Positions 10,272 to 20,060 of a DNA stretch of 64,000 bases are shown piece by piece (positions within the stretch are counted from its first letter, which is position 1; each line of letters begins with the position of its first letter). A program made the translations under genes and the position numbers. Below the pieces are notes generated by a model, which had not been told where the DNA came from, searched no databases, and was given only the letters and a program-made list of their open reading frames with translations. The stretch comes from a bacterium (GTDB lineage: Bacteria > Patescibacteriota > Dojkabacteria > SC72 > WJKH01). The stretch spans positions 4,065 through 68,064 of the forward strand of contig JAKPPS010000032.1 of the NCBI GenBank assembly GCA_029547225.1. Reading direction: 5' to 3'.

Positions 10272-11858
10272 TCAGTTGGAAGCTTTGATCAGCTTTATAA
10301 CTTCGCCGAGATCACCGGCCGAAGCTATAATAATAATACTGTGCTCTCCCTTTTCGGAATATTGCTTTTCGATTTCAAAGATTTTTTCAGCAGTTTTATT
10401 ATATGGTGGTAGGGGATTATTGCTTGATTTCTGTTGTTTTAATAATAATTCGTCAGTGAATGATATGTTTTCAACTCTGTCCGATAATTGAGCTTTAAGA
10501 TATTCGTAAAATTCTTTTGCACTAATAAGGTCCATATCTTGTTGACTCTCTCTTGAAGTGTAAATATTTGGAATGATAATACTGTTTGCTTCTGTTAATG
10601 ACTCAGCTAATTCTTGTTTAAATGTGTAAGTTCTTTCGTGATTATGTGGTTGATATGCAAGTATAATTTTGTGTTCGGTAAAGGCCTCTCTGGCACCTTG
10701 TAGGCAAGATTTAATCTTTTGAGGATTGTGGGCGAAATCCTTGAAAATCGGAGTTTTAAGGGCTGTATATCCAATCAATTCAAATCTTGAAGAAACGCCT
10801 TGAAAAGTTGCAATCGCAGATAGTATTTCTTCTTTGCCTATCCCAATCGCAAGTCCTGTTGCTATTGCTCTGAGTATATTTTCATAATTATGCCTTCCAT
10901 AAAGGTTAGATTGTAATTGTGGAAATATTTTCCGGATTTTGTCGATGTCATAGATAAGAACTTTCTTTAAATCAGTATTAGTCATATCAATATTATTTTC
11001 TATTTCGCAGTTTATCAAAGAACCAAGATGATCACATTTAGATTTCTCAAGTTTTTGTGGAAGGTTAATTTCATATCCGTATTCAAAATGGGGTAGGGCA
11101 TCAATATTGTCAGTCTTTGCAATCAGTTTTATGATTGCAGACTCGTTTTTACCTGCACAATCTATGATCACTGCGTTTGTTGTTGCATTAATCAATTCTG
11201 CGAAAGCAAGGTTATAATCCTCTTGCGATTTGTAATAATCAGTATGGTCGAGATCTATATGAGTTATCACACTCATATATGGTCTAGGTACTCGATCAAG
11301 AAATTGTCTTTTATATTCACAAGCTTCAACCACATGATATTCTTGTGATAAGTCAAGATTATTGTTGGCTTCGAGCCCAGCTATCCTATCATTTGCATCA
11401 CCAACAATGAAATTCGGCAAGCCAATTGTTTGACTCATCATCCAGGTAATAATGGAAGTAGTAGTTGTTTTACCGTGAGTTCCTGCAACAGCTATCCTTT
11501 TCAATTGATTAGTTAATAATCCGTGAAGTTGCTGTATGTAGATTGTCGGGATATCCCTTCGGATTATTTCGATAAACTCTGGATTGTCTGGAGTAACACC
11601 GTTTACAACTACAGCAAGTTCTATGTCATCAGTAATATTTTCTGCTTTTTGACCGTCTGGTAAAAGCACACCTGATTTTTGCCAATAGATTGACACTTCA
11701 GATGTTTGATTTGTGTCAGAAGCGGATAGTTTTTTCCCTTTCGATTGAAGTATTCTCGCACAAAAATGATTGAAGGGCGCGACAATACCTAGAAAGTGTA
11801 TACGATTAAAACTGTCAAGATCAAGATTAGATATTTCTTTTGCAGTTAGTATTGCCAT
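10272..11858 (-). CDS. murC: UDP-N-acetylmuramate--L-alanine ligase
   Basis: It has 'IHFLGIVAPFNHFCARILQSKGKKLSASD' and the P-loop 'VAGTHGKTTTTSII'. It is longer than usual because of an internal insertion. Confidence 0.8.
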   Translation of the reverse strand: MAILTAKEISNLDLDSFNRIHFLGIVAPFNHFCARILQSKGKKLSASDTNQTSEVSIYWQKSGVLLPDGQKAENITDDIELAVVVNGVTPDNPEFIEIIRRDIPTIYIQQLHGLLTNQLKRIAVAGTHGKTTTTSIITWMMSQTIGLPNFIVGDANDRIAGLEANNNLDLSQEYHVVEACEYKRQFLDRVPRPYMSVITHIDLDHTDYYKSQEDYNLAFAELINATTNAVIIDCAGKNESAIIKLIAKTDNIDALPHFEYGYEINLPQKLEKSKCDHLGSLINCEIENNIDMTNTDLKKVLIYDIDKIRKIFPQLQSNLYGRHNYENILRAIATGLAIGIGKEEILSAIATFQGVSSRFELIGYTALKTPIFKDFAHNPQKIKSCLQGAREAFTEHKIILAYQPHNHERTYTFKQELAESLTEANSIIIPNIYTSRESQQDMDLISAKEFYEYLKAQLSDRVENISFTDELLLKQQKSSNNPLPPYNKTAEKIFEIEKQYSEKGEHSIIIIASAGDLGEVIKLIKASN

Positions 11859-11877
11859 ACTTTATTATAGCGTAATT

Positions 11878-12954
11878 TTATTCCCAGGAATAGTTAATAA
11901 AATAAACTGATTTGGCAATCGCATCGCATTCTCCTCTATGTTCATTGTTCTCATGGCATGCAAAACGTAAAGATCTATCTTCTTTATTCGGATCTTTGTA
12001 TCCAATCGAAAGACCTTCAAACCCACAAAGATATTCATCTTGATCAGCTCGGGTTGTAAGAGTAACTGGAAATCCACAGACTTCTAATGGAGTTTTGGGC
12101 GACAAATAAATGTAATAATTTACTCCATATTTATTGGGCCTAGTTACTCTATAGATATCAGTTCCTGCAGTTCCTGTACCAATATTTGTTAAATCCTTTT
12201 CAGTATATCTAATGATATTGCTAGGTTCGTATTCTTCCCAGAAAAGTAGTGACATGTTGTCACTATCAATTGCACCACCAATAAAACTACTATCTGCAAA
12301 ATATGCCTGTCGAGTAAGATACGAGTTTAAAAACTCTTGCGTATATATATCAAAATCAACTTGCCACAAACTTCCATCTGAAGCCTCCGAATATTTATAT
12401 CCGTATAGTATTTCGTGGTCTATCAGATCTCCAAAACTTGAAGTAAATTCATATTGTTTAATATCATATCCAGTAATATTATTTTCTCGTACTGAAGTGT
12501 TAAACTTATATACATATTTACCATCAGAATCTTGAGTAACTGAGTAATCAACTGGGATTTTAATAGGATTATGGGCACCCTCAAATGACGTAATCGTATC
12601 ATACTCTTCTGTTCCTGATTCTTCTGTATTATTTTCTTCTGTCTCTTCAGCAAGAGTCTCGTCTTGATTCAATGTGTCGACTGGATCTTCAATATCTTCT
12701 GCGCTTTCTTCCGAATATATATCGTTAACAATTTTATTCGCATTCTCATCAACTCTTTTTACAAATTTAGTGATAGAGACGATTGCAGAAGTTGACATAA
12801 TGCAACATAATAGCACCGCTACGATTACTAAAATAATAATGATTATTTTTTTCTCTGTCTTTTTTGAATTTACAGAATCATTCTTTTGAGGACTTTCTAA
12901 AGTGGGGCTTTTTTTATTCGGGGTTTTTTCCGATTTTATAGTTTTATTTTTCAT
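11878..12954 (-). CDS. Hypothetical N-terminally membrane-anchored protein inside the mur cluster
   Basis: It has a Lys-rich N-terminus, one TM segment 'IIIIILVIVAVLLCCIMSTSAIV', an acidic linker and a Cys-containing C-terminal domain. I recognise no family. Confidence 0.6.
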   Translation of the reverse strand: MKNKTIKSEKTPNKKSPTLESPQKNDSVNSKKTEKKIIIIILVIVAVLLCCIMSTSAIVSITKFVKRVDENANKIVNDIYSEESAEDIEDPVDTLNQDETLAEETEENNTEESGTEEYDTITSFEGAHNPIKIPVDYSVTQDSDGKYVYKFNTSVRENNITGYDIKQYEFTSSFGDLIDHEILYGYKYSEASDGSLWQVDFDIYTQEFLNSYLTRQAYFADSSFIGGAIDSDNMSLLFWEEYEPSNIIRYTEKDLTNIGTGTAGTDIYRVTRPNKYGVNYYIYLSPKTPLEVCGFPVTLTTRADQDEYLCGFEGLSIGYKDPNKEDRSLRFACHENNEHRGECDAIAKSVYFINYSWE

Positions 12955-13076
12955 AATTTTTATGAATTAATTTATGATTGATAATACATAATACGAAAAA
13001 AAAACGAAAAAGTAACATTTAAATATTATAAAACAGACTTTTTTTCAGTCCTCGATACAAGAAGTCAAAAAATCAA

Positions 13077-14483
13077 CTATAAACTCATTACTATCTCGTC
13101 AAACTGACGGCCACGATCGAATTCATTTGCGAACATATTAAAGCTTGTTGCACCTGGACAAAGCATTATCATGTCGCCACTTTGAGCTAGGGAATACGCT
13201 TTGTCGATTGCTTCTTTAAAAACACCATAAAATTTGTGTACTTCAATATCATTTCCGATGATCTGAGCCATTTTCTCTGAAGCGGTACCTTCGAGAAGAA
13301 CTAGTGATTTAAGGTATTTCACCATTTTATCTTTGATGCGACTGTAATCAAGCTCTTTATCCATTCCGCCAGAAATAAATATGATCTTTCCTTTGTTTTG
13401 CGGTCCAAATCTGTCCAAAGCTGCAATCATAGCTTCCAGTGAAGTCCCTGTAGTATCATTATAAAATTTAATCCCATTTATCTCTCTGATAAGTTGTTCT
13501 CTACCGGCAACACCAGTAAAACCTGATAAAACTTTATTTATACTATCAGTACTAACTTTGTAAATACGTGAAGCTGCTATTGCACCAAGTATATTGTAAT
13601 AATTATGTTCTCCATCAATATGCATCTTGGGTAAATTCATTAAAATTTCTCCATTTTCATATACAGTTTTTGTATCACCATTGATCGACAGGAAGTAGTC
13701 GGCGTGCTTTTCTTTTAAGGAGAAAACAATAAGCTTACTTTTTATAGATTCTTGTTCATTTTTGATTATTTTTGCGTTTGTCTCATTGTCGAGGTTTATA
13801 ACTACAAAATCGTCTTTATTTTGATTGATGAAAATATTCTTTTTAGCCCTTTGATAATCCTGAAGGTCTTTGTGCCAGTTGAGATGATCTTGATATATAT
13901 TTGTTAATACTGCGATATGCGGCGATACTTTACTGTCACCCATTGCATCTAGTTGGAAACTAGATAACTCTAAAACTGCGATATTGTCTTTATCTAGTGC
14001 TGGTAATTCTCTTATTGCACTTTTCCCAATATTGCCACCGAGTAAGATTTTGTCTCCAAACTCCTCATTGAGAAAATCATAAATTAGAGTTGTTGTTGTT
14101 GATTTTCCTCGAGTACCTGTAATACCAATAGTAGGGCAGGGGGCAAGCTTATGGAAAAGACTCATTTCCATTTCAATTGTTTTACCGGCTTCCTTTGCAA
14201 TTTGTAAGAATTCATTATCAGGTTTGATTGCTGGATTGCGAATAATTATATCGTTGTTAATAAAATCTTCTTTTATGTGACCACCAAGATGTAATACTAG
14301 CTTGTCTTTGTACTTACTAAGTTTTTCTAAAGTAGGTTTAAGCTGTTCTTCTGTTTTACCGTCGGTAATAGTGACAATCGAACCTTGAGAGAGAAAAAAA
14401 TCAACCATCCCAAGTCCACCATCATTAAGTCCAAGGCCCCATATTAAAACATTTTTCCCACTATATTGAGGAAAGTTATTCAT
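13077..14483 (-). CDS. murD: UDP-N-acetylmuramoylalanine--D-glutamate ligase
   Basis: It has 'GKNVLIWGLGLNDGGLG' and the P-loop 'GITGTRGKSTTTTLI'. Length (468 aa) and layout are typical of MurD. Confidence 0.9.
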   Translation of the reverse strand: MNNFPQYSGKNVLIWGLGLNDGGLGMVDFFLSQGSIVTITDGKTEEQLKPTLEKLSKYKDKLVLHLGGHIKEDFINNDIIIRNPAIKPDNEFLQIAKEAGKTIEMEMSLFHKLAPCPTIGITGTRGKSTTTTLIYDFLNEEFGDKILLGGNIGKSAIRELPALDKDNIAVLELSSFQLDAMGDSKVSPHIAVLTNIYQDHLNWHKDLQDYQRAKKNIFINQNKDDFVVINLDNETNAKIIKNEQESIKSKLIVFSLKEKHADYFLSINGDTKTVYENGEILMNLPKMHIDGEHNYYNILGAIAASRIYKVSTDSINKVLSGFTGVAGREQLIREINGIKFYNDTTGTSLEAMIAALDRFGPQNKGKIIFISGGMDKELDYSRIKDKMVKYLKSLVLLEGTASEKMAQIIGNDIEVHKFYGVFKEAIDKAYSLAQSGDMIMLCPGATSFNMFANEFDRGRQFDEIVMSL

Positions 14484-14539
14484 AGAAGATTTAATAAAAT
14501 TAAATAATCATCATTAACACATCTAGTATTTAATAGTAG

Positions 14540-14622
14540 GGTATGCCACCAACCTTTTCGCGTTCCAACTATGTCTTTCCATGACTACCCAATCTTTATC
14601 TGTACTATTATCGTTTGTACAA
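14540..14622 (+). repeat. Dispersed intergenic repeat of about 83 nt, copy G (GGTATGCC subfamily)
   Basis: GGTATGCCACCAACCttttcgcgttccaa...CCATGACTACCC...atcgtttgtacaa lies between the murA stop and the murD start. Confidence 0.7.
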
Positions 14623-14685
14623 CTAATCTTGTCAAAGAGATAGTTACCATTAACTAACCATATACTCTCTTTAATAAGTTTTCTT

Positions 14686-15978
14686 CTATTCCCAAGAAAT
14701 ATCTGCCCCTATTGAAGCAAGATTCTCAACAAAATTTGGATGGGCACGCTTAATTGTATCAGCATTCTTTACTACTGATCGACCTTCAACGCTAAGTCCA
14801 ACCATAGCTAAACCAATTGTTGCACGGATAATGTTAGGAGCATTAACTTCTGCTGGAGAAAGTTTTTTACCTCCAAAAACTATTACTCTGTGAGGATCAC
14901 AAGCAACGACATGGGCACCAAACTTCATAAGTTCTTGAATCCAGTTAAAAGCACCTTCGTATACTTTGTTCCAGAACATGATATTGCCGGTAGATCTGAC
15001 TGAGAGTGCCATCATGAGAGGTAAAACGTCGACTGGGAAATAAGGCCATGGAGCTGCTTCAATCCTTGGAAGCATATTTGCTGTAAATGGTGCCTCTATT
15101 TGAAGAGATTGATTAGGTCTCACAATAGCGACATTGCCTTCATATTCTATCTTTACTCCCAATTTCTTGAACGTAGATACTACAAGAGGCATATGTTCAG
15201 GTATTGCATCGTTAACATGTATCTCACCATTTGTCATAGCACCTAATGCTAAGAATGTTGCAATTTCATGATGATCGGCGAGTACACGATATTCAACGGG
15301 TCCGCTTAATTTCTCTACACCAGTAATTTCTAACGTGCTTGTTCCAATACCTTTAATTTTTGCACCTGCTTTTACTAAGAAATTACATAAATCCTGAACA
15401 TGAGGTTCACTTGCAGCATTTGTGATAGTACTTACACCTTCTGCCAAAACGCTTGCCATAATAAAGTTTTCTGTCGAAGTGACGCCCATGAAATCTGGCC
15501 ATACTTTCCCTGCCTTAAATCTACCGTCGATAGATAATTCCAAAATCTTTTTCCTTTCAATCTTTGTTCCTAATGCTTCAAGTAGATCAAGGTGAGGGTC
15601 AATTTCTCGAATACCAAGAGCACAACCACCAACGCTATTACACATCTTAAGCTTCTTCATCTGATATAGGAGAGGAGCAAGTAACAGTAGAGAACCACGC
15701 ATATCAAGCGGAAATTCATTATCAAACATACCATGATTGATATTGGTATTATCTATAACCATTCTGCAATTCTCTTTGTCCCATTCTATTTTTGAACCGA
15801 TACTTGTTAATGTATCATATAGTTTATTTACATCTATGATATCTGGGACATTATTTAATGTGACCTTACCATCGATAAGTAAAGTTGCACAAAGTATTGG
15901 AAGCACTGAGTTTTTATTTCCTGATGGGGTTATTGTACCGGAGAGTGTTTTTCCTCCGTTGATAATTAAATTTGCCAT
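14686..15978 (-). CDS. murA: UDP-N-acetylglucosamine 1-carboxyvinyltransferase
   Basis: It has 'INGGKTLSGTITPSGNKNSVLPILCATLL' and the catalytic Cys region 'VGGCALGIREIDPHL'. Confidence 0.92.
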   Translation of the reverse strand: MANLIINGGKTLSGTITPSGNKNSVLPILCATLLIDGKVTLNNVPDIIDVNKLYDTLTSIGSKIEWDKENCRMVIDNTNINHGMFDNEFPLDMRGSLLLLAPLLYQMKKLKMCNSVGGCALGIREIDPHLDLLEALGTKIERKKILELSIDGRFKAGKVWPDFMGVTSTENFIMASVLAEGVSTITNAASEPHVQDLCNFLVKAGAKIKGIGTSTLEITGVEKLSGPVEYRVLADHHEIATFLALGAMTNGEIHVNDAIPEHMPLVVSTFKKLGVKIEYEGNVAIVRPNQSLQIEAPFTANMLPRIEAAPWPYFPVDVLPLMMALSVRSTGNIMFWNKVYEGAFNWIQELMKFGAHVVACDPHRVIVFGGKKLSPAEVNAPNIIRATIGLAMVGLSVEGRSVVKNADTIKRAHPNFVENLASIGADISWE

Positions 15979-16126
15979 GAATAGAAAATGTGTTAAAATT
16001 TAATTAACTGAACATATCTTCTTCTGATATGTGTCTGTCATTATAGCATAAATAAGAAAAATAAAGTCATGTCGCATCATACTTTATGCTTATAATCTTT
16101 CTGGTGCATTATATAAATATATTTTT

Positions 16127-16207
16127 GTAACCATGCTCTGCCATTCTGCCTGAGCCGACACCATTACAAACCATTATCATTGCATAATAAAGACCGTTTT
16201 CACTTTT
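16127..16207 (+). repeat. Dispersed intergenic repeat of about 83 nt, copy B
   Basis: gtaaccatgctctgcc...CCGACACCATTACAAACC...gaCCGTTTTCACtttt lies in the divergent murA/cysS spacer. It shares a 15-nt identity (CCGACACCATTACAA) with copy D. Confidence 0.7.
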
Positions 16208-16316
16208 CAGTAGAAAGACTCGTCATCGAAAATAATTATACTTACTATCCATAAATCAACGTAAATATGATAATATTATCTGTAATCAATTCGTAATAAT
16301 TTTATTTTTATAATAT

Positions 16317-17837
16317 ATGTCGTTCAAGTTTTACAACACTTTAAATCATAAAAAAGAGGAATTTAAACCTCTAATTGATGGGCAAGTATCGATGTATAGC
16401 TGTGGACCGACAGTATATTGGCGCGTTCATACAGGTAATTTACGGGCATACTCAAGTTGGGATTTTATGATCCGAGCATTTAAATATACAGGACAAAAAA
16501 TACATCGCATCATAAACTTTACTGATGTTGGGCATATGGTTGCCGATGAGGATATGGGAGATGATAAAATCGATAAGCAGGCAAAAAGTCAGAATATTGA
16601 TCCATTTGAAATTGCAAATACATATATTAGATCAGTTTTAGTTGATTTCAAGAAATTTAATATCTTAGGACCAAATGGCGAAGAGATTGATGAGACAATA
16701 GATGTTAAAAGTATGGATAAGGAGAAATGGGCAAAATTAGGTTGGGCTAGAGCAACGGATCACATCGAAGAAATGATCGAGATTATCAAGAAGATCGAAG
16801 AGAATGGATATACTTATTCAACATCTCAGGCATTATATTTTGATGTCTCAAAATTCCCAGAGTATACAAACCTCTCTTTGCAGCCGCTAAACGATAAACA
16901 AGTAGGTGTGAGAGAAGAGGTTGGCGTAGATCCTGAAAAAAAACATCCAGCAGATTTTGTTTTGTGGATGAAAAATGTCGGAAAATATAAAGATCATCTG
17001 ATGCATTGGCAATCCCCTTGGGGAGTTGGTTTTCCTGGTTGGCATATTGAATGTTCTGCGATGGGTACAAAGTATCTAGGTGAATATTTTGATATTCATA
17101 CAGGGGGCACAGATCATATTCCTGTTCATCATGCAAACGAGATAGCTCAGAATTATGGTGCCTTCAAGCACCATGTGGTCAATTTCTGGATACACAACGA
17201 AATGCTAGTAAGTGCTGATGGTGAGAAGGCAAGCAAATCTAAGAAGAATGTTTATTTGCTCGAGGAAATTGAAGAGATGGGCTATGATCCAATGGATATG
17301 AGATATTATTTCTTGACGGTCAATTATCATGTCCCAATTCGATTTAGTATTGAAGGCCTTGAAGGTTCAAGAAAATCAAGAATTTCTTTAGTGAAAAAGA
17401 TTTTTGAAATCGCAAAAAATTCTGGGGCAGATACCTCAGTAGAATTTTCCGTACAATTAAAAATTAGCACAGTGATTGAAGAATATCGATCAGAATTTAT
17501 TTCGAATTTAGAGGATAATCTAAACACTTCTGGAGCGCTTGCCGTTGTAAGCAAGCTTTTTAAATCAACAGAGAAACCTTTCGATGTTATTGCAACGATT
17601 TTAGATTTCGATAATGTCTTTGGCTTGCGTATTGAAGAAAATGTATTAAAGCTTTATGAAACCGAAGGTACTGCAATCGGAGATATTCCTGTTGAAGTCG
17701 CAGATATTGTCCGAGATCGTGATACAGCGAGACAAAATAAGGATTGGGCAAAATCGGATGAATTGCGAGATCAACTTATTAAAATGGGTTGGAATGTAAA
17801 AGATACGCAACAGGGCACACAGATAAGTAAAATCTAG
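16317..17837 (+). CDS. cysS: Cysteine--tRNA ligase
   Basis: It has '[17 protein letters not shown]', '[17 protein letters not shown]' and the KMSKS-type loop 'KASKSKKN'. Confidence 0.92.
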   Translation: MSFKFYNTLNHKKEEFKPLIDGQVSMYSCGPTVYWRVHTGNLRAYSSWDFMIRAFKYTGQKIHRIINFTDVGHMVADEDMGDDKIDKQAKSQNIDPFEIANTYIRSVLVDFKKFNILGPNGEEIDETIDVKSMDKEKWAKLGWARATDHIEEMIEIIKKIEENGYTYSTSQALYFDVSKFPEYTNLSLQPLNDKQVGVREEVGVDPEKKHPADFVLWMKNVGKYKDHLMHWQSPWGVGFPGWHIECSAMGTKYLGEYFDIHTGGTDHIPVHHANEIAQNYGAFKHHVVNFWIHNEMLVSADGEKASKSKKNVYLLEEIEEMGYDPMDMRYYFLTVNYHVPIRFSIEGLEGSRKSRISLVKKIFEIAKNSGADTSVEFSVQLKISTVIEEYRSEFISNLEDNLNTSGALAVVSKLFKSTEKPFDVIATILDFDNVFGLRIEENVLKLYETEGTAIGDIPVEVADIVRDRDTARQNKDWAKSDELRDQLIKMGWNVKDTQQGTQISKI

Positions 17838-17894
17838 TGTAGACATATATTCTTTTTTCAAAGTATGCCAGGTTGACAAAAATACAGTAAAAAT

Positions 17895-18995
17895 ATGGAA
17901 GTAAAAACAATTAAAGTCGATAATTTAGAATTATTAAAGGACAAAATTGCACAAGAACTTGTACAACAACCTGTCACCGACAAATATATGTGTTGGCGGT
18001 ATAAGAATTCACAGATAAGTGTAGTAGCTTATACTTCAGGCAAAGTTGTATTTAGCGGAAATGGTGATATTAATAAATATTTATTACATTGGGGTGTACT
18101 AAACTCCTCTGACATTGAAGATGTACGAACCGAGGACAGTGAAAAGAATTTGCACAGTAATTCTAAAAGTGCCGACGGTTTAAAAATAACTGACAACAAG
18201 GGAAAATTCGATAACACTATCTCGTATAGGGATGGGGCTTTTGTCGATATTGGTTCAGATGAGGCGGGTAAGGGAGAGTACTGGGGGCCTTTATGTGTCA
18301 GCGCAGTATATCTTGAAAATGGGAATATCGCTCAGATAAATAAACTAAAAGAATTGGGCGTAAAGGATTCAAAAAAACTTAGTGATATACAGGTAATCAA
18401 GTTAGCAAGCCAGATAAAGAAAGTGGTTAAGTATGAACTGATAGTTTTGGCATTAAGAGATTTCAATAAAGAGATGGAACTTAAGAAAAATATATCGATA
18501 ATAATGGGGGATTTACATGCTAAAGCGATAAATAACATCATAGCCGAATTAAATGAAGCTAGTGTACAGAAATCTAAAAGCAAGTCTTGTAAATATGAAG
18601 AATTAGACATTGTTGTAGATAAATTCTCTTCGGTATCAAATAGGATTGACGGGAAGCTGATTCCATATACCCCCGGGGGTATATCCAGCACCAAAGTAAA
18701 AGGTGATGCTTCTCATAGTAAAGTGAATCTTCATCAGATAGAGAAGGGGGAACAGTATTTGGCTGTCGCTTGTGCATCAATTATTGCACGACAGGCATAT
18801 CTTGAAAATATCGAAAAGCTTTCAAAGAAATACGATTTTATCTTCCCAAAAGGGTACACGAACATCGAGAAAACTATCATCGATTTTGTAGAATTACATG
18901 GAGAAGATGCTTTATATGATGTTGCTAAGGTCTCCTTTAAGACTACAAAAAGGGCTTTACCAAACTTTCGATACAATATGATAGAACAGAAATAG
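17895..18995 (+). CDS. rnhC: Ribonuclease HIII
   Basis: It has the N-terminal RNase HIII-specific domain ('YTSGKVVFSGNG'), the catalytic motif 'GSDEAGKGEYWGPLCVSAV' and 'VACASIIAR'. Confidence 0.8.
   Translation: MEVKTIKVDNLELLKDKIAQELVQQPVTDKYMCWRYKNSQISVVAYTSGKVVFSGNGDINKYLLHWGVLNSSDIEDVRTEDSEKNLHSNSKSADGLKITDNKGKFDNTISYRDGAFVDIGSDEAGKGEYWGPLCVSAVYLENGNIAQINKLKELGVKDSKKLSDIQVIKLASQIKKVVKYELIVLALRDFNKEMELKKNISIIMGDLHAKAINNIIAELNEASVQKSKSKSCKYEELDIVVDKFSSVSNRIDGKLIPYTPGGISSTKVKGDASHSKVNLHQIEKGEQYLAVACASIIARQAYLENIEKLSKKYDFIFPKGYTNIEKTIIDFVELHGEDALYDVAKVSFKTTKRALPNFRYNMIEQK
18665..18684. repeat. 20-bp palindrome ATATACCCCCGGGGGTATAT (site 1, inside rnhC)
   Basis: It is a perfect 20-nt palindrome in the ATATAC-N8-GTATAT format. 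It is read in frame as Y-T-P-G-G-I-S. Confidence 0.9.
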
Positions 18996-19035
18996 TGTAA
19001 TTTCTGTCATAATCAGGAAACCAGCAATAGAAACC

Positions 19036-20040
19036 TTAATCGACTCTTTTTGAGCGATTCATTTTGCGAGTGAAAATATTTACCAGAGAGATTAAAGTAA
19101 TAAACGATACTAGTGCTGTTAATACAATTAAAGTTAGTTTGAGAGGGTGATTGATAGATATCTCCTTTTCTATAAAATATATATCACCTTCATTTACTAT
19201 CTCTGCTAAGATTTTTACTGGAGAGAAAAGACTTTTGAAATCCCAAACGTTTGATTCAAATTCCCATGAAATTGTGTCATTGCTTGCGACAGTGCTGTTA
19301 TTTTCATTGATAAGAAAAGTGAAAGGTCCGCTTTCTTGATCATCTACTATTCCGAGTCTCTTTAAAGAATAAATATCTACACTCCCTAATGGAGTGAGCT
19401 CGTAAGGAGTATTGTTTGTGAAATCGATCTGAATTTTCATAGGTTTATTTATCCAGCCATAATCTAATACTTTAATATCTAATTTTGTACTTTCATAGGA
19501 ATCACTAGTTCCGAGTACATTTGAAGACTCGTCCAATAAATTAAGTTTTATTACTGATCCGATACCCCCTTCGACATTTATTAGTTCGTTATTTGTAAAA
19601 TCTTTATTTATTATCGCTATGACATTGTAATAAGTACCGATTTGCATTGACTCATCTGTGAGGACAGCATAGGGGATTGATATTGATTCTTTCGGATTAA
19701 GCGTAAATTGACTTTTCTCAGTTTTGATAAATATTGTTTGATCAGCTCTGTTACTGTTTGTGAGGTATTCAGTGTTATCACCGCTGATTATTTCGTTGTT
19801 AGAATTAAGAATCTTCACAGTGAATTCATGTGGATAGTCATCTGTATTGGTAAAATTGATATTTGCAAACTTATTTTCACCTTTTTTGAGATCATATTCA
19901 ACAGTTGATGGTTCGATAGAATATGCGTATGTATTTGTCTGCAAAGTGCCAAATAGTATAGCGGTAAAAGCGACAATCAAAAGGAATAGTGACCCTTTTG
20001 ATAATATTTGCATCAGGCGATTTCTAAAATAAAAATACAT
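19036..20040 (-). CDS. Cell-surface protein with an N-terminal signal/TM and a C-terminal TM anchor (architecture resembles DUF916/DUF3324 proteins)
   Basis: N-terminal hydrophobic segment 'LFLLIVAFTAILFGTL'. C-terminal 'LTLIVLTALVSFITLISLVNIF' is followed by 'TRKMNRSKRVD'. The family assignment rests on architecture only. Confidence 0.55.
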   Translation of the reverse strand: MYFYFRNRLMQILSKGSLFLLIVAFTAILFGTLQTNTYAYSIEPSTVEYDLKKGENKFANINFTNTDDYPHEFTVKILNSNNEIISGDNTEYLTNSNRADQTIFIKTEKSQFTLNPKESISIPYAVLTDESMQIGTYYNVIAIINKDFTNNELINVEGGIGSVIKLNLLDESSNVLGTSDSYESTKLDIKVLDYGWINKPMKIQIDFTNNTPYELTPLGSVDIYSLKRLGIVDDQESGPFTFLINENNSTVASNDTISWEFESNVWDFKSLFSPVKILAEIVNEGDIYFIEKEISINHPLKLTLIVLTALVSFITLISLVNIFTRKMNRSKRVD

Positions 20041-20060
20041 ATTAACTTTACTAAAAAATA

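Noticed and set aside
15979-16316. Possible T-box or other leader upstream of cysS.
   Set aside because: I found no T-box consensus or specifier/antiterminator layout. The conserved-looking part of the spacer is repeat copy B, which also occurs at loci unrelated to tRNA synthetases.
17014-17023. CCCCTTGGGG inside cysS, considered as another palindrome site.
   Set aside because: It lacks the ATATAC/GTATAT arms and the 20-nt frame. It encodes the conserved CysRS 'SPWG' segment, so amino-acid constraint explains it.
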